A stretch of DNA of 64,000 nt, from the NCBI GenBank assembly GCA_017442825.1, contig JAFRYZ010000009.1, positions 100,923 to 164,922 of the forward strand, written 5' to 3'. This DNA comes from Prevotella sp. GTDB lineage: Bacteria > Bacteroidota > Bacteroidia > Bacteroidales > Bacteroidaceae. A model generated the notes under the pieces. It was not told where the DNA came from, did no database searches, and worked only from the letters and a program-made list of their open reading frames with translations. Shown here piece after piece: positions 1 through 11,000 of this stretch; the stretch's first letter is position 1; each line of letters opens with the position of its first letter. Both the position numbers and the translations under genes were made by a program.

Positions 1-1
1 C

Positions 2-1024
2 CCCATCCCATCCGAGAACATCGGAAAGGATGTAGCCTTCGACCTGAAGCCGGGTAAGACCTATTACTTGTCTGATATGCTTGACTTCGGTGCCCAGACC
101 TTGACCCTCCGTTGCAAGGACAAGGAAAATCCCGCTAAGGTCATCTTCTCTGGTACTGCTTCCAGCTTCGAGACCTCTGCCGGTCTGACGCTGAAGAACC
201 TGAACATCGATTGCAGCCAGTCTTTGGGAGCCTTCATCGCCATGAGCAAGACACCGACAGTTACTCCTGTCATCGTCAACGCATGGGGGGCTGACTATAA
301 CTTCTATTGCGCCAAGGATCCTATAGCCGTGCTGAACTGCAAGGTGGAAGGCATCAACTCCTTCATCTTCTGGGACAACAAAGTGCAGGTATGGTTCCCG
401 ACGACGGTGCTGATAGACAACAGCATCTTGCATCTGACCACTTCACTCGAAGCCAAGGACTGCATCGGTGGTGGTTATATCTGGACCAACAAGGGTAGTG
501 GTTTCATTCGCAGCCTGACCATCAACAACTCCACCATTTATAACACTGGAGCTGCCGAGTCGAAGTATTTCGTACAGTATGGTGGCTTCGGCAACGACCA
601 GGTGAAGGATCCATATACCCAGCTGGGATGGGCTGACAACCAGATTACCTATAGCAACTGTACTTTCTACAACGTATGTCCCGCCGGTCAGTGGGGTAAC
701 TACAACGGTGTAGCAGGAAAGAAAACTTCTTATTGGACGATGACCAATTGTATTTTCTGGAATTGCTCTTCTTCTGGTGTTGCCCGTCGCTTCCTCGCTG
801 GCAGGCAGAACCAGGAGACGGCAACGTTCCTGAACAACACCTATATGAAGAAAGACGGTACCTTTGACACTCCAAACACAGATACTGGAAAATATGATTT
901 AAGTGGTACCGACATCCAGGAAGACCCGAAGTTTGCCGATCCTGCCAATGCTGACTTCCACATCAGCGGTGCCAAGCAGGTGTCTCTTGGCACGGGTGAC
1001 CCACGTTGGCTTCCCGAGAACTAA
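2..1024 (+). CDS. 5'-truncated DUF4957/DUF5123-like beta-helix surface glycan-binding protein
   Basis: Frame is open from position 2 (PIPSENIGKDVAFDLKPGKTYY...). It has N-S/C-T-I/F-Y-N beta-helix rungs and the C-terminal DPKFADPANADFHI...GDPRW signature, and lies directly upstream of SusC. Confidence 0.7.
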   Translation, partial: PIPSENIGKDVAFDLKPGKTYYLSDMLDFGAQTLTLRCKDKENPAKVIFSGTASSFETSAGLTLKNLNIDCSQSLGAFIAMSKTPTVTPVIVNAWGADYNFYCAKDPIAVLNCKVEGINSFIFWDNKVQVWFPTTVLIDNSILHLTTSLEAKDCIGGGYIWTNKGSGFIRSLTINNSTIYNTGAAESKYFVQYGGFGNDQVKDPYTQLGWADNQITYSNCTFYNVCPAGQWGNYNGVAGKKTSYWTMTNCIFWNCSSSGVARRFLAGRQNQETATFLNNTYMKKDGTFDTPNTDTGKYDLSGTDIQEDPKFADPANADFHISGAKQVSLGTGDPRWLPEN

Positions 1025-1050
1025 TTACTAACCTATAAGTAGAAACAACT

Positions 1051-4000
1051 ATGAATATCAAACATATAAAGACGTTAGCCCTTGGCTTGTCACTGTTCCT
1101 TGCGGTGCCTGCCATGGCTCAGAATAAGGTCGTGACCGGTACCATCGTCGACGAAACAGGCGAGCCGGTTATCGGAGCTACGGTACGTGTGCCGGGAACC
1201 AACATCGCCACGATTACCGACCTCGATGGTAACTATAAGATTGACGCCCCCGCAGGCAGCAACATCTCCGTGTCGTATATCGGCTACAAGGATGTCGTCA
1301 CCAAGGGTGGACGTGTACAGCTCAAGCAGGCAGACACCGACCTCGAAGAAGTCGTTGTCGTTGGTTACGGTGTGCAGAAGAAAGCCCACTTGACCGGTTC
1401 TGTAGGTACAGTGCCTATGGACGACCTGCAAGACCTCTCTGCCAGCTCACTCGGTTCTACGCTGAGCGGTCTGGTCAACGGTCTTTCTGTCAGCGGTGGT
1501 GACAGTCGTCCTGGTGAGGCAGCACAACTCTATGTGCGTGATGCGAAGTCACTGAGCAGTCTGGCTGGTACCAATACAACTACCAGTATCGCTCCTACAC
1601 CATTGTATGTTATCGACGGATACATCTATCCGAATGACGTCCGCGTAGGTACAGGTAACGAATCGCAGAACCTTGGTGCCGAGGCGTTCAACAACCTCGA
1701 TCCCTCAGAGGTGGAGAGCATCTCCGTCTTGAAGGACGCTGCCGCAGCCGTTTACGGTTCTCGTGGTGCTAACGGTGTTATCCTCGTCACCACCAAGAAA
1801 GGTAAGATGGGAACCCCGCGCATCAGCTATAGCGGTTCTTTCGGTATTACCAATGCCGTGAACATTCCTACTATGCTCGACTCTTACAACTTCGGTCGTC
1901 TGTATAATATTGTACAGGCTCGCGACCCGAAGAACAACACCTTGGACACCAAGTACAATCTCTTCCAGTTTGATGAGTTGGAGTCCATGAAGAAAACCAA
2001 CTACGATTTGATTGACAAGTATTGGGAAACTGGTTTTACCCAGAAGCACAGTGTCAACATCAGCGGTGCTACCGAGACTGTCAACTACTTCGCTGGTGTC
2101 AGCTACTTCGACCAGGACGGTAACCTCGGCAACCTTGATTACAACCGTTGGAACTACCGTGCAGGTATTGATGTGAAGATCAGCAAGTGGCTCAGTGCCA
2201 ACTTGAATGTCAGCGGTGACTATGGTAAGAAGAACAGTCCCTATATCTCTATCGGTGGTTCAGGCACGGAAGACTTCTATCGTCTGTTGAGCCGTCCGCG
2301 CTATATGCCCGAATATCTCGGTGGCGTGGCTTTGTATCCTTATGGTATTTCAGGATCAGATGTTCCTTACCACTATGACGTTTTGCAGAATCATGGTGAC
2401 TTCACCAAGAATATGACCTCCAATACTGCCATCAATGCCGGCTTGAGTTACGACTTCGGATGGAACAAGTACCTGAAAGGTTTGAAACTGAGTTTCAGCT
2501 ATTCGAAGAGTATCAATACCAGCAAGACCAACCAGTATGGTTCACTTTACGACATCTATGAAATGAACTATCGCTATGGTAGTGCCCAGCATGTCTATGC
2601 TCCGACAGGTGAGGAAACAGAAGGTTTCGACTATCTGAAAGTTGGCGACAACCTCATTGTCAGACCGCAGAGCAACGGCAACTTCTTGAGTCGCCAGATG
2701 ATCCGAACCGACAACTATCAGATGAACTTCACCGTCAACTATGCCCGCAAGTTTGGTAAGCACGATGTCAGCGCCCTCTTCTCCATCGAGAAGTCTGAGG
2801 CTGAGAGTGAATTTAACTTCAGCAATGCTACAGAACCTTATGAATTTACCAATTACCAGTACACCGGTGTAAATAAGGATAAGACGAAACCTACAGTAAA
2901 CTTCAACCGCTCAGAAAGCGGTATGATGTCTTACATCGGTCGTATCAACTACGCATACGCAGACCGTTACCTCGTTGAATTCCTCATCCGTTCAGATGCT
3001 TCCACCAAGTTTGCACCGAAGAATTACTGGGGTACCTTCCCGACCTTCAGCTTGGGTTGGGTTGCCAGCGAAGAGTCTTGGTTCCGCGATGCCAAGTGGC
3101 TCAAGTGGATTGACTTCTTGAAACTCCGTGCATCCTATGGTGTCACTGGTCGTGATAACATTGCTGCATGGCAGTGGCTGGCACAGTATAGTCTCGATGC
3201 CAATAAGGGTTCAGTCTTTGGCGAAGGTACCGACAATCCCACTGGCGGACGTATCACCATGAATAAGGAGAACGCCGCTTACAACCCCGACGTACACTGG
3301 AGCAAGTCCTACAAATTGAACTTCGGTATCGACATGCGCTTCCTCAAGCAGCGTCTCGGTGTCACCTTCGAAGCCTATAAGGAGCGCAACCGCGACATCT
3401 TGCTGGATGTAGCCTCCGTTCCTGCTGTCGTAGGTAACAAGAGTGCCCCATTCAACTATGGTTCTATGAACAACTGGGGGTATGAGCTCTCTCTGACCTG
3501 GCGCGACAAGATTGGCAAGGACTTCAAGTATCATGTAGGTCTCAATACAGGTTATAGCGACAACAAGGTGATTGACCAGAAGTGGGCGACATCTGACTTC
3601 TACAAGTCTGTTTCTCCGGGTGAGCGTTCCGACGTTGGTACATGGGGTATGCAGTGCATGGGTATGTTCCGTACGTTCCATGACATTGACGAGTACTTCG
3701 ACAAGTACATGCACAAGATGGATGCCGACGGCAACAAGCTCTATAACCCAGACGGTACGCCGATGTACGGACAGTACATGGGTATGACCAAAGACCAAGT
3801 TCGTCCGGGTATGTTGATCTATAAGGATGTTCGTGGTGCCTACAATGCCGAGACAGGTACCTATGCCGGTCCCGACCAGGAAGTCAGCGACGACGACCAG
3901 GTTCAGTTGAGCCACCGCAGCAACAACATCTACGGCTTCACCATCAATGCTGGTGCTGAGTGGAAGGGTCTTTCTCTTACCTTGCAGTTCGCCGCCAACT

Positions 4001-4434
4001 GGGGTGCTTACGACATCATTCCTTCCAAGGCTCTTTCCATGTCGTCAGACATCGTCAACATGCCATCGTTCTGGAATCCGGATGACGTCTTCGTCTATGA
4101 AGACATCTACGACGGACAAGGTCGTCTGATTCAGAAGGCTAACCTCAACGGTGGACTGCCTAACCCAGGTTTCGCCATCAACAGTCGTGCTTCCGACTTC
4201 TGGCGTGTCAGTGCAGCTCGTGTCAGCCTGAACCGTCTGACTATTGGCTACACCATCCCGAAGAATTGGATTAAGCCTATCGGATTGCAGAGTGCCCGCA
4301 TCAACATCACGGGTCAGAACCTGCTGAACTTCTACAATCCTTATCCAGACAAATTCCTCAGCCCGATGTCAGCCTCTTACGACAGGTATCCTAACCTGCG
4401 CAAGTGGACCATTGGTGTGAACCTGACATTCTAA
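1051..4434 (+). CDS. susC: SusC/RagA-family TonB-dependent transporter
   Basis: Signal peptide, N-terminal CarboxypepD_reg-like domain (GTIVDETGEPVIGATV), LEEVVVVGYG, plug motif ESISVLKDAAAAVYGSRGANGVILVTTKKG, C-terminal Phe. Confidence 0.97.
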   Translation: MNIKHIKTLALGLSLFLAVPAMAQNKVVTGTIVDETGEPVIGATVRVPGTNIATITDLDGNYKIDAPAGSNISVSYIGYKDVVTKGGRVQLKQADTDLEEVVVVGYGVQKKAHLTGSVGTVPMDDLQDLSASSLGSTLSGLVNGLSVSGGDSRPGEAAQLYVRDAKSLSSLAGTNTTTSIAPTPLYVIDGYIYPNDVRVGTGNESQNLGAEAFNNLDPSEVESISVLKDAAAAVYGSRGANGVILVTTKKGKMGTPRISYSGSFGITNAVNIPTMLDSYNFGRLYNIVQARDPKNNTLDTKYNLFQFDELESMKKTNYDLIDKYWETGFTQKHSVNISGATETVNYFAGVSYFDQDGNLGNLDYNRWNYRAGIDVKISKWLSANLNVSGDYGKKNSPYISIGGSGTEDFYRLLSRPRYMPEYLGGVALYPYGISGSDVPYHYDVLQNHGDFTKNMTSNTAINAGLSYDFGWNKYLKGLKLSFSYSKSINTSKTNQYGSLYDIYEMNYRYGSAQHVYAPTGEETEGFDYLKVGDNLIVRPQSNGNFLSRQMIRTDNYQMNFTVNYARKFGKHDVSALFSIEKSEAESEFNFSNATEPYEFTNYQYTGVNKDKTKPTVNFNRSESGMMSYIGRINYAYADRYLVEFLIRSDASTKFAPKNYWGTFPTFSLGWVASEESWFRDAKWLKWIDFLKLRASYGVTGRDNIAAWQWLAQYSLDANKGSVFGEGTDNPTGGRITMNKENAAYNPDVHWSKSYKLNFGIDMRFLKQRLGVTFEAYKERNRDILLDVASVPAVVGNKSAPFNYGSMNNWGYELSLTWRDKIGKDFKYHVGLNTGYSDNKVIDQKWATSDFYKSVSPGERSDVGTWGMQCMGMFRTFHDIDEYFDKYMHKMDADGNKLYNPDGTPMYGQYMGMTKDQVRPGMLIYKDVRGAYNAETGTYAGPDQEVSDDDQVQLSHRSNNIYGFTINAGAEWKGLSLTLQFAANWGAYDIIPSKALSMSSDIVNMPSFWNPDDVFVYEDIYDGQGRLIQKANLNGGLPNPGFAINSRASDFWRVSAARVSLNRLTIGYTIPKNWIKPIGLQSARINITGQNLLNFYNPYPDKFLSPMSASYDRYPNLRKWTIGVNLTF

Positions 4435-4453
4435 CCTTTTAAACAGTAAGACA

Positions 4454-6658
4454 ATGAAAAGAACATATCAATATATAGGTCTTGCGCTTGTTACAGCGCT
4501 CGGACTCTCCTCCTGTAGCGACAAGTTCCTGGAGGATAAGAAGAACTATGGTGCCGTAGGTGAGGACATCTATAACTATGAAGCCGGAGCACAGGGACGT
4601 ATTAACGACCTCTATGGTTGGTGTCTGCCTACAACGCAGTCCGACCTGAATTGGAAGAATCCTTCTGTTGGCAAATCGGATATCGCCGGTCAATCAACAG
4701 AGGAGTATGGTGGTTTCACCAGTTTCACCGACCCAGAGGTAACGATGAGTTCTACGACAGCCGGTACGGCTGTGGTGGACTACTTCGGCGGCGACGACTT
4801 GGAGAATGTGCAGAGCAATACTTTCGGAACCATCCGTAACATCAATAATGCTATTCAAGGTATCACCAACAGTACCTTGAGTCAAGAGTTGAAAGACAAG
4901 TTGTTGGGACAGGCATACTTCTTCCGTGCATGGACCTACTACAAACTCGTGAAGTGGTATGGTGGTGTGCCCATCGTCAAGGACGTATTGCCCGCTACAC
5001 CTGCTGCCTTCACCCAGCGCTCGTCTGCCAAGGAGTGTTTCGAATTTATCATCGACGACCTGAATACATCGGCAAGAATGTTGGAAGGCAAGACCATGGA
5101 CTACGGTCGCATCACAGCCGGAACAGCATTGGCGCTGAAAGGTCGTGTGCTGACACTCTGGTGCAGCCCGATGTTCAACCGCAAGGGTGATCAGACTCGC
5201 TATCAAGAGGCTTATACCATCATGAAAGAAGACTTGGCGAAGATTGATGCTTGCGGCTACGGCCTCTATGGAGAAGGCGATCCAGGCACCAATGCCTCAA
5301 CCTTTGCCAACATGTTCGTGACAAAGGACAGAAACCCCGAAGCTGTCTTCGTAACCTTGTACAACAAGCTTGTTGACTTCTCTGGTTATGCCGATGCTGT
5401 TAGGAACAACCGCTGGGAGCGAGACATACGTCCCGACAATGCTGGCGGCGGCGGCTTGAAGCCTTCAAAGGCTATCGTTGACCTTTTCCCGATGTCCGAC
5501 GGTAAGTTGCCAGCAACAGCTTCTACCTATACCAAGTTGGAGAAGTCGGACAAAGACTACGACGAGCGCTATCCGTTCATGGACCGCGACCCACGTTTCT
5601 ATCGCACTTTCGCCTTCCCCGGATTCCGTTGGGCTTACGCAGCAGGCGACAATGGTGATGCTACGGCTATGGATTCCCGTAACCCGTCTTACAACAATGG
5701 TAAAGATTACGTGCTGTGGAACTATGTTTGGTTCTATGGTGGCGACCCTGTTGACCCGGAGAACAACTCCTATCGTGGTGCTGACAATATGTCGAAGCCG
5801 GGTGGCGTGCTCGTTCGCAAGAAGTCTGACGACTACGACATCAATTCTTCTCCGCTCTACGACTACCGTCCCGATGGTCAGGGTGCTAATAATGGCGGTT
5901 ATGCTGTACCGTTCATCTCTGCTGCTCCATACATGGAACTTCGCTATGCCGAGGTGCTGTTGAACCTTGCCGAGGTGGCTTGTGGTGCCGGTGATATGGC
6001 GTATGCTGTTGAACAATTGCAGCGCATCCGTGCACGTGCCGGCTATACTGCTGATAACAATTACGGTTTGCAGAGTAATTTGACAGGTGATCAGGCGGCT
6101 TGTATGAGTGCCATCCTTTACGAACGCCAGATTGAGTTCGCCTTCGAAGGCAAGCGTTTCGACGACATGCGTCGCTGGATGCTCTTCGACGGTGGCGTGA
6201 AACCAGCGTGGGCACCTGACACATGGCAACTCAGCGGTATTTGGGGCAGCAACACCTGTACATGGCTCGGCTTTAAGCCGTTCAACGGACAGCGTTGCGA
6301 GAGCTTCATCTACAAGATTAACGATGCTTACGGCATGGCTTCTGACGATACGTACGACAAGGATCCGCTACTGGCAGCAAAAACAGAGCGCCCCGAAGGT
6401 GTCAACCTGACACAGGATTTGGCTGACCAGTTGGCTGCATTGAAGACATGGTATGAGGCAAACCTCACTTGGCAGCTGCGTCAGAGCGGTCGTTATTCTG
6501 ACCACTCGTTGAAGACCATCTACTTCAACCCGCGTAACTACTTCCTCGGTCTGAAGGCTAACGTTTCACAGAAGAACGTAGGCATCTACCAGACCGTTGG
6601 TTGGGAAGATGTCAACAACGGTGGAGCTATGGGTACCTTCGACCCATTGGCAGAATAG
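4454..6658 (+). CDS. susD: SusD/RagB-family glycan-binding lipoprotein
   Basis: Lipobox LSSC; GQAYFFRAWTYYKLVKWYGGVPI, RYAEVLLNLAE and ERQIEFAFEGKRFDDMRRW motifs; follows susC. Confidence 0.96.
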   Translation: MKRTYQYIGLALVTALGLSSCSDKFLEDKKNYGAVGEDIYNYEAGAQGRINDLYGWCLPTTQSDLNWKNPSVGKSDIAGQSTEEYGGFTSFTDPEVTMSSTTAGTAVVDYFGGDDLENVQSNTFGTIRNINNAIQGITNSTLSQELKDKLLGQAYFFRAWTYYKLVKWYGGVPIVKDVLPATPAAFTQRSSAKECFEFIIDDLNTSARMLEGKTMDYGRITAGTALALKGRVLTLWCSPMFNRKGDQTRYQEAYTIMKEDLAKIDACGYGLYGEGDPGTNASTFANMFVTKDRNPEAVFVTLYNKLVDFSGYADAVRNNRWERDIRPDNAGGGGLKPSKAIVDLFPMSDGKLPATASTYTKLEKSDKDYDERYPFMDRDPRFYRTFAFPGFRWAYAAGDNGDATAMDSRNPSYNNGKDYVLWNYVWFYGGDPVDPENNSYRGADNMSKPGGVLVRKKSDDYDINSSPLYDYRPDGQGANNGGYAVPFISAAPYMELRYAEVLLNLAEVACGAGDMAYAVEQLQRIRARAGYTADNNYGLQSNLTGDQAACMSAILYERQIEFAFEGKRFDDMRRWMLFDGGVKPAWAPDTWQLSGIWGSNTCTWLGFKPFNGQRCESFIYKINDAYGMASDDTYDKDPLLAAKTERPEGVNLTQDLADQLAALKTWYEANLTWQLRQSGRYSDHSLKTIYFNPRNYFLGLKANVSQKNVGIYQTVGWEDVNNGGAMGTFDPLAE

Positions 6659-6680
6659 AAGCCTCACCCCCCCGCTCGGT

Positions 6681-6720
6681 AACTCGGGTGTTCACACATG
6701 GTGGACACCCGAGTTTGTTG
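6681..6720 (+). terminator. Hairpin after susD (terminator or stabilising stem-loop)
   Basis: AACTCGGGTGTTCAC-acatg-GTGGACACCCGAGTT followed by a T/G-rich tail. Confidence 0.6.
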
Positions 6721-6953
6721 TTGGGCACATGTCAATTCTCCGCTATGGCTAAAGGCGAACACCATCTTTTTGTTATTTATGCTTTAAAAAGTGATAAAAA
6801 CGAAAGAAAAGCACAGAAAAGTTTTTTCGGTTTGTAAAACAATCACTATATTTGTAGCGTCATAAAGTGATACTGTGGAACATTCAGACAACGATTCATT
6901 ACTATTGCTTATAACGACAAACCATATTACTAACAATTTAAAACTTAACGATT

Positions 6954-7967
6954 ATGAAGAAAATTTTTACGCTTGTTGCAACAGCTCTCGTAGCTGTAGG
7001 TGTTAATGCACAGGAAGTTTGGAAGGCTGCCGAGTTTGACCTTTCCACTGCTGTTGAGACTGAGTTGACTGAAGGAATCTATGGTGGTGGTACCGCCGAT
7101 GCTCCTGATACGTCAATCCCTGGCAAATTGGTTACCAGCACCATTACAGGAAGCACAACTAGTGTTACCTTGACGGGTTTATCTACCCCCAACAGCCTGA
7201 GCAAGAAGGATGTCGAAGAAGGCAAGACCCAGACCTATTGGGAACTGAAAGGTTCTGTTGATGGCAACGACGCTTTGATTACCGACGATTGCAATCCGAA
7301 GTTCGCTCAGTATCTGATGCCGAAAGGTAATCCTGGCTTCCAGCATTGGGAGTTCTATGAGCTGAATACCGATGGTGACGAGGTGTTCCGTGCATACGAT
7401 ACCTATTGGGAGATTGGTGCTACCGCTATGCCAGCCAAGGGCGCTTACTGGAAGTTTGATGTTACAAATGCTGGTACGCTGAAGGTTGCTATTTATGGTA
7501 ACAAGAACCAGAATCCAACTTATATCGTTGACGAAAGCACATTGCAGCCTCTTGCTCCGTCAACTGTTCAAGTTGGAATCTTCTATCAGAACACTGGCTT
7601 TGCATATTATGGTGGTGATAAAGATCCTGAAACAGGCGAAACGATTCCTGGAACAGAGAAGTATTTCAACGAGGGTGCTCAGGCTGATGACTATGTGCTG
7701 CAGCACACCAACGGTGTAACCCAGAATCGTCCAGTTCTCGGCTATATCTCTTTCCCTGTTGAGTCTGGTAAGAGTTATTGGCTTTTCAACCCGAAGAGCC
7801 AGATTGGTCTCTATGGTTTTGAGTTCACCTCTACCACAGGCATCAACAACATTGTAGCTGATGCCAAGGCTGATGTGAACGCTCCTGTTTATAACCTCGC
7901 AGGTCAGAAGGTGGGCAAGAGCTTCAAGGGCATCGTTGTGAAGAACGGTAAGAAGTTCATCCAGTAA
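6954..7967 (+). CDS. T9SS-secreted protein of unknown function
   Basis: Signal peptide (VNA-Q) and Prevotella-type CTD TGI...YNLAGQKVGKSFKGIVVKNGKKFIQ. Confidence 0.75.
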   Translation: MKKIFTLVATALVAVGVNAQEVWKAAEFDLSTAVETELTEGIYGGGTADAPDTSIPGKLVTSTITGSTTSVTLTGLSTPNSLSKKDVEEGKTQTYWELKGSVDGNDALITDDCNPKFAQYLMPKGNPGFQHWEFYELNTDGDEVFRAYDTYWEIGATAMPAKGAYWKFDVTNAGTLKVAIYGNKNQNPTYIVDESTLQPLAPSTVQVGIFYQNTGFAYYGGDKDPETGETIPGTEKYFNEGAQADDYVLQHTNGVTQNRPVLGYISFPVESGKSYWLFNPKSQIGLYGFEFTSTTGINNIVADAKADVNAPVYNLAGQKVGKSFKGIVVKNGKKFIQ

Positions 7968-7979
7968 TACCTATTTATA

Positions 7980-8035
7980 AAGAGTCAGGGAGTAAAAGGT
8001 ACCCAAACCCGCCTCCCCGGCTCTTTTTCTTTTTT
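7980..8035 (+). terminator. Probable intrinsic terminator
   Basis: AAGAGTCAGGGAG...CTCCCCGGCTCTT followed by TTTCTTTTTT. Confidence 0.5.
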
Positions 8036-8083
8036 GTGTGAACCAATTTATAACACAATATTAACTAACAACCTAAATTATTT

Positions 8084-11000
8084 ATGAAACAAAGATTATC
8101 ATTACTTTGGATGCTACTGCTATGTTTCGTAGCGGGAGCATGGGCAGATTCAGAAGTGTCGCCTGAAGGTGGCTCGTCTAATGCCACTGTGAACGGAACG
8201 TCATTCTCTATCGCTGGTACCTCCAACGCAGGTAGTGGAACCAAGATTTCGCCGATGTCTGGTAAAGGTATCAAGGTGAGAAGAGACGCAGGTGTTGTTA
8301 TGGCTATCAATGCAGGTTACAGAATTGATGGTGTAACTGCGTATGCAGCTGCTAATGACAATAGCAAAACATTTACGATTGAGAAAATTGAGGTTGACGG
8401 TACAGAGTTTGTACCTGCAGGTGTAACTATGCCAATTACTTGTGCACAGAAGAATGCCAGTGAAGCCACAACCATCAGTATTCCCAGTATAACCGCAAGA
8501 GATAATATCACCTTTACTTTTGGTGGTACAGCTTCTCAAGGTATCATGGAGTTCCATGTTGACTACACTCAGGAGCAAGTTATCCTTCAGGAGATTACGG
8601 ATGTTACGCTGAATGGTGCTTCCATCGGCGAAACAGCCCTCGCAACGTTGAAGGCAGACAAGGCTGTTACTATTGACGGTTCTTCCCTCAATGGTATTGG
8701 TACGCTTGGTGTTACCCTGTCTTCTGGTGCAACAACGGTTAACCGTTCCATCGACAGTGGTAACGTTATCTATACCTTTACGACAAATAACGGTGCTGAC
8801 TCATACACAGTTACTGTAACAGGAGCGACAAAGAAGTATGATGCTGCACAAGGTACGGTAGTATATTACAATGGAGATGCGCTTTCGAATGAAAAAAAGA
8901 CATTGACGATAGACGGTATTGCATTCAATTATGCAAGTAAGACCTTCGGTTATGCCAACAATACGGATGGTGTAACGCTGGGTGAGACGACCTATAAGCC
9001 TATCAAACTGTCAACGGGTGAGGCTGTTACTGTTACTTTCCCCGAAGGCAAGAAAGCCACTAAGATTATTGTCTATGGTTGGTCTGCCGGAGGTCTCGGA
9101 ACAGGCAAACTCGTCAATTTCACCGATGGAGGTGAAAAGTCTGTTGATACCAGCAACGACATCTTCTATGCCAACGACGGTTCAGGCTCTGTCTATCCTT
9201 CAGTATATGAGTACGAAGTTGACAATTGGGAGGCATTTACCTTCCAAGGCAATGGCGACCAGCCTTTCGTAGTGATGGACTTCGTCTTTGCCAGTGAAGC
9301 TCCTGCAACCAAATACACCATCGGCAAGACGATTCTTCCTGAAGGCGCAGCTACATTCAATCTTACCGTGACCGAGGCAGCTGCAGGTGAAGAGGTTACT
9401 GCAACTATCGATCCTACATCAGTCACTTTTGCTGAAGGATGGGGTTGGAACAACATCAATGAGCATTCATTAGTCAGCCTCAAGACTGAGAGTGGAGTTG
9501 ATGTACCGTTTACCATCAATGATGCAACAAGGTCTGCAACCTTCACGATGCCGGCAGAGAACGTTATCGCTACTTTCCAGCTCTTCCCGGAATATCAAGT
9601 TTCCTTGCAGCAAGCTGTAAATGGTACTTATAAGGTTGACGGTCATGAGGCTGGAACAGGCATGAAGAGATACGAGGGAGAGGTATCTGAGTTCACCGAA
9701 ATTGTTCCTGATTTTGGCTATAAATTAGGTACGATCACCGTAACGGCAGAAGACGGAACCGACGTTCCTGTTGCAGACTACAAGTTTACTATGCCGGCAC
9801 AGAAAGTGACGGTTACCGTGACATTCGTTCCAGAGCCTGTTAACCTCACTGTTACCAAGTCGGGAGGTGGCGACCTGACTGCTGCCATTCAGAAAATTAA
9901 GGCTGATTTGGCACCAGAAGCGCCTATCAAGAACCTGACCATTACCCTGGAAGAAGGCAACTATACAGTTAGTGCTCCTATTGAAGCAAGTGGCAATATC
10001 ATCATCAATGGTAATGGTGCAACGATTGATGCATCTGGTTTGTTAGATGGTGAAGGTCAGCCAGTCAACATGATTCAGTGGACGAACATTGATGCGGCTG
10101 CTGAATGGATGAATGGTAGTGTATCTATTGACGGCTTAACTGTCAAGGGCTTGCAGAAAGCATTGTTCTACAGCAACAGTAAGTATTACGCAGGCGAATT
10201 CTCGATCAATAACTGTATTGTCGAGCAGGCTGGCGATGCTACTACCATTGACTTTACGAAGGGTAGTGTTGCTATTGATATTGACGTAACGAACTCTACG
10301 TTCTATGCTCCTACGGCTACAACGAAGTCGTTCTACAGCTCACAGGGAGGTCAGAAGGCAACAGAATATAGTAGTGCAGCTATCCAGACGTTCCATTTCG
10401 AGAACAACACGATGTATAACCTTGCCAAGGGTAAGAACTTCTTCTCTCACCGTCAGAGCAACCAGACATGGTTGGCTTACGATGTATTGGGTAATATCTT
10501 CGTGAACTGTGGTAAGAGCGGTCAGACCATCAAGGGTATGAACGGTGGTCAGGGCGGTACTAACCCGACTTGGAACATCAGTGGCAATGCCTTCAACTAC
10601 GACGGTAAGGACACCAGTGCTGCTGAAACTACAGGCGATGAAGCTGAACCTATTCAGAACAGCGTAGCAGGTATCATTACCTTCGCAGATGCTGATGCCG
10701 GCGACTTTACCCCGACCCTCCTGATGGATCCGAGTTCAACGTCCGCTCCTGAGTCTATCGGTGACCCGCGTTGGATTCCTCTCACCTTGGTAGGAAGTTA
10801 CAGCATTACTGTTGACGAGAACATCGAGAACGGTACAGTAACGGCTGATGCTCCTTACGCAGCTGTAGGTACAGAAGTTAAGGTTACGGCTACTCCTGCT
10901 GCGGACTACGAGCTTGAGACACTGTACTACGAGATTGAAGGTGACAACGGTATCTATGAGATTACCGATGGTAAGTTCGACATGCCTAACGGCAATGTTA

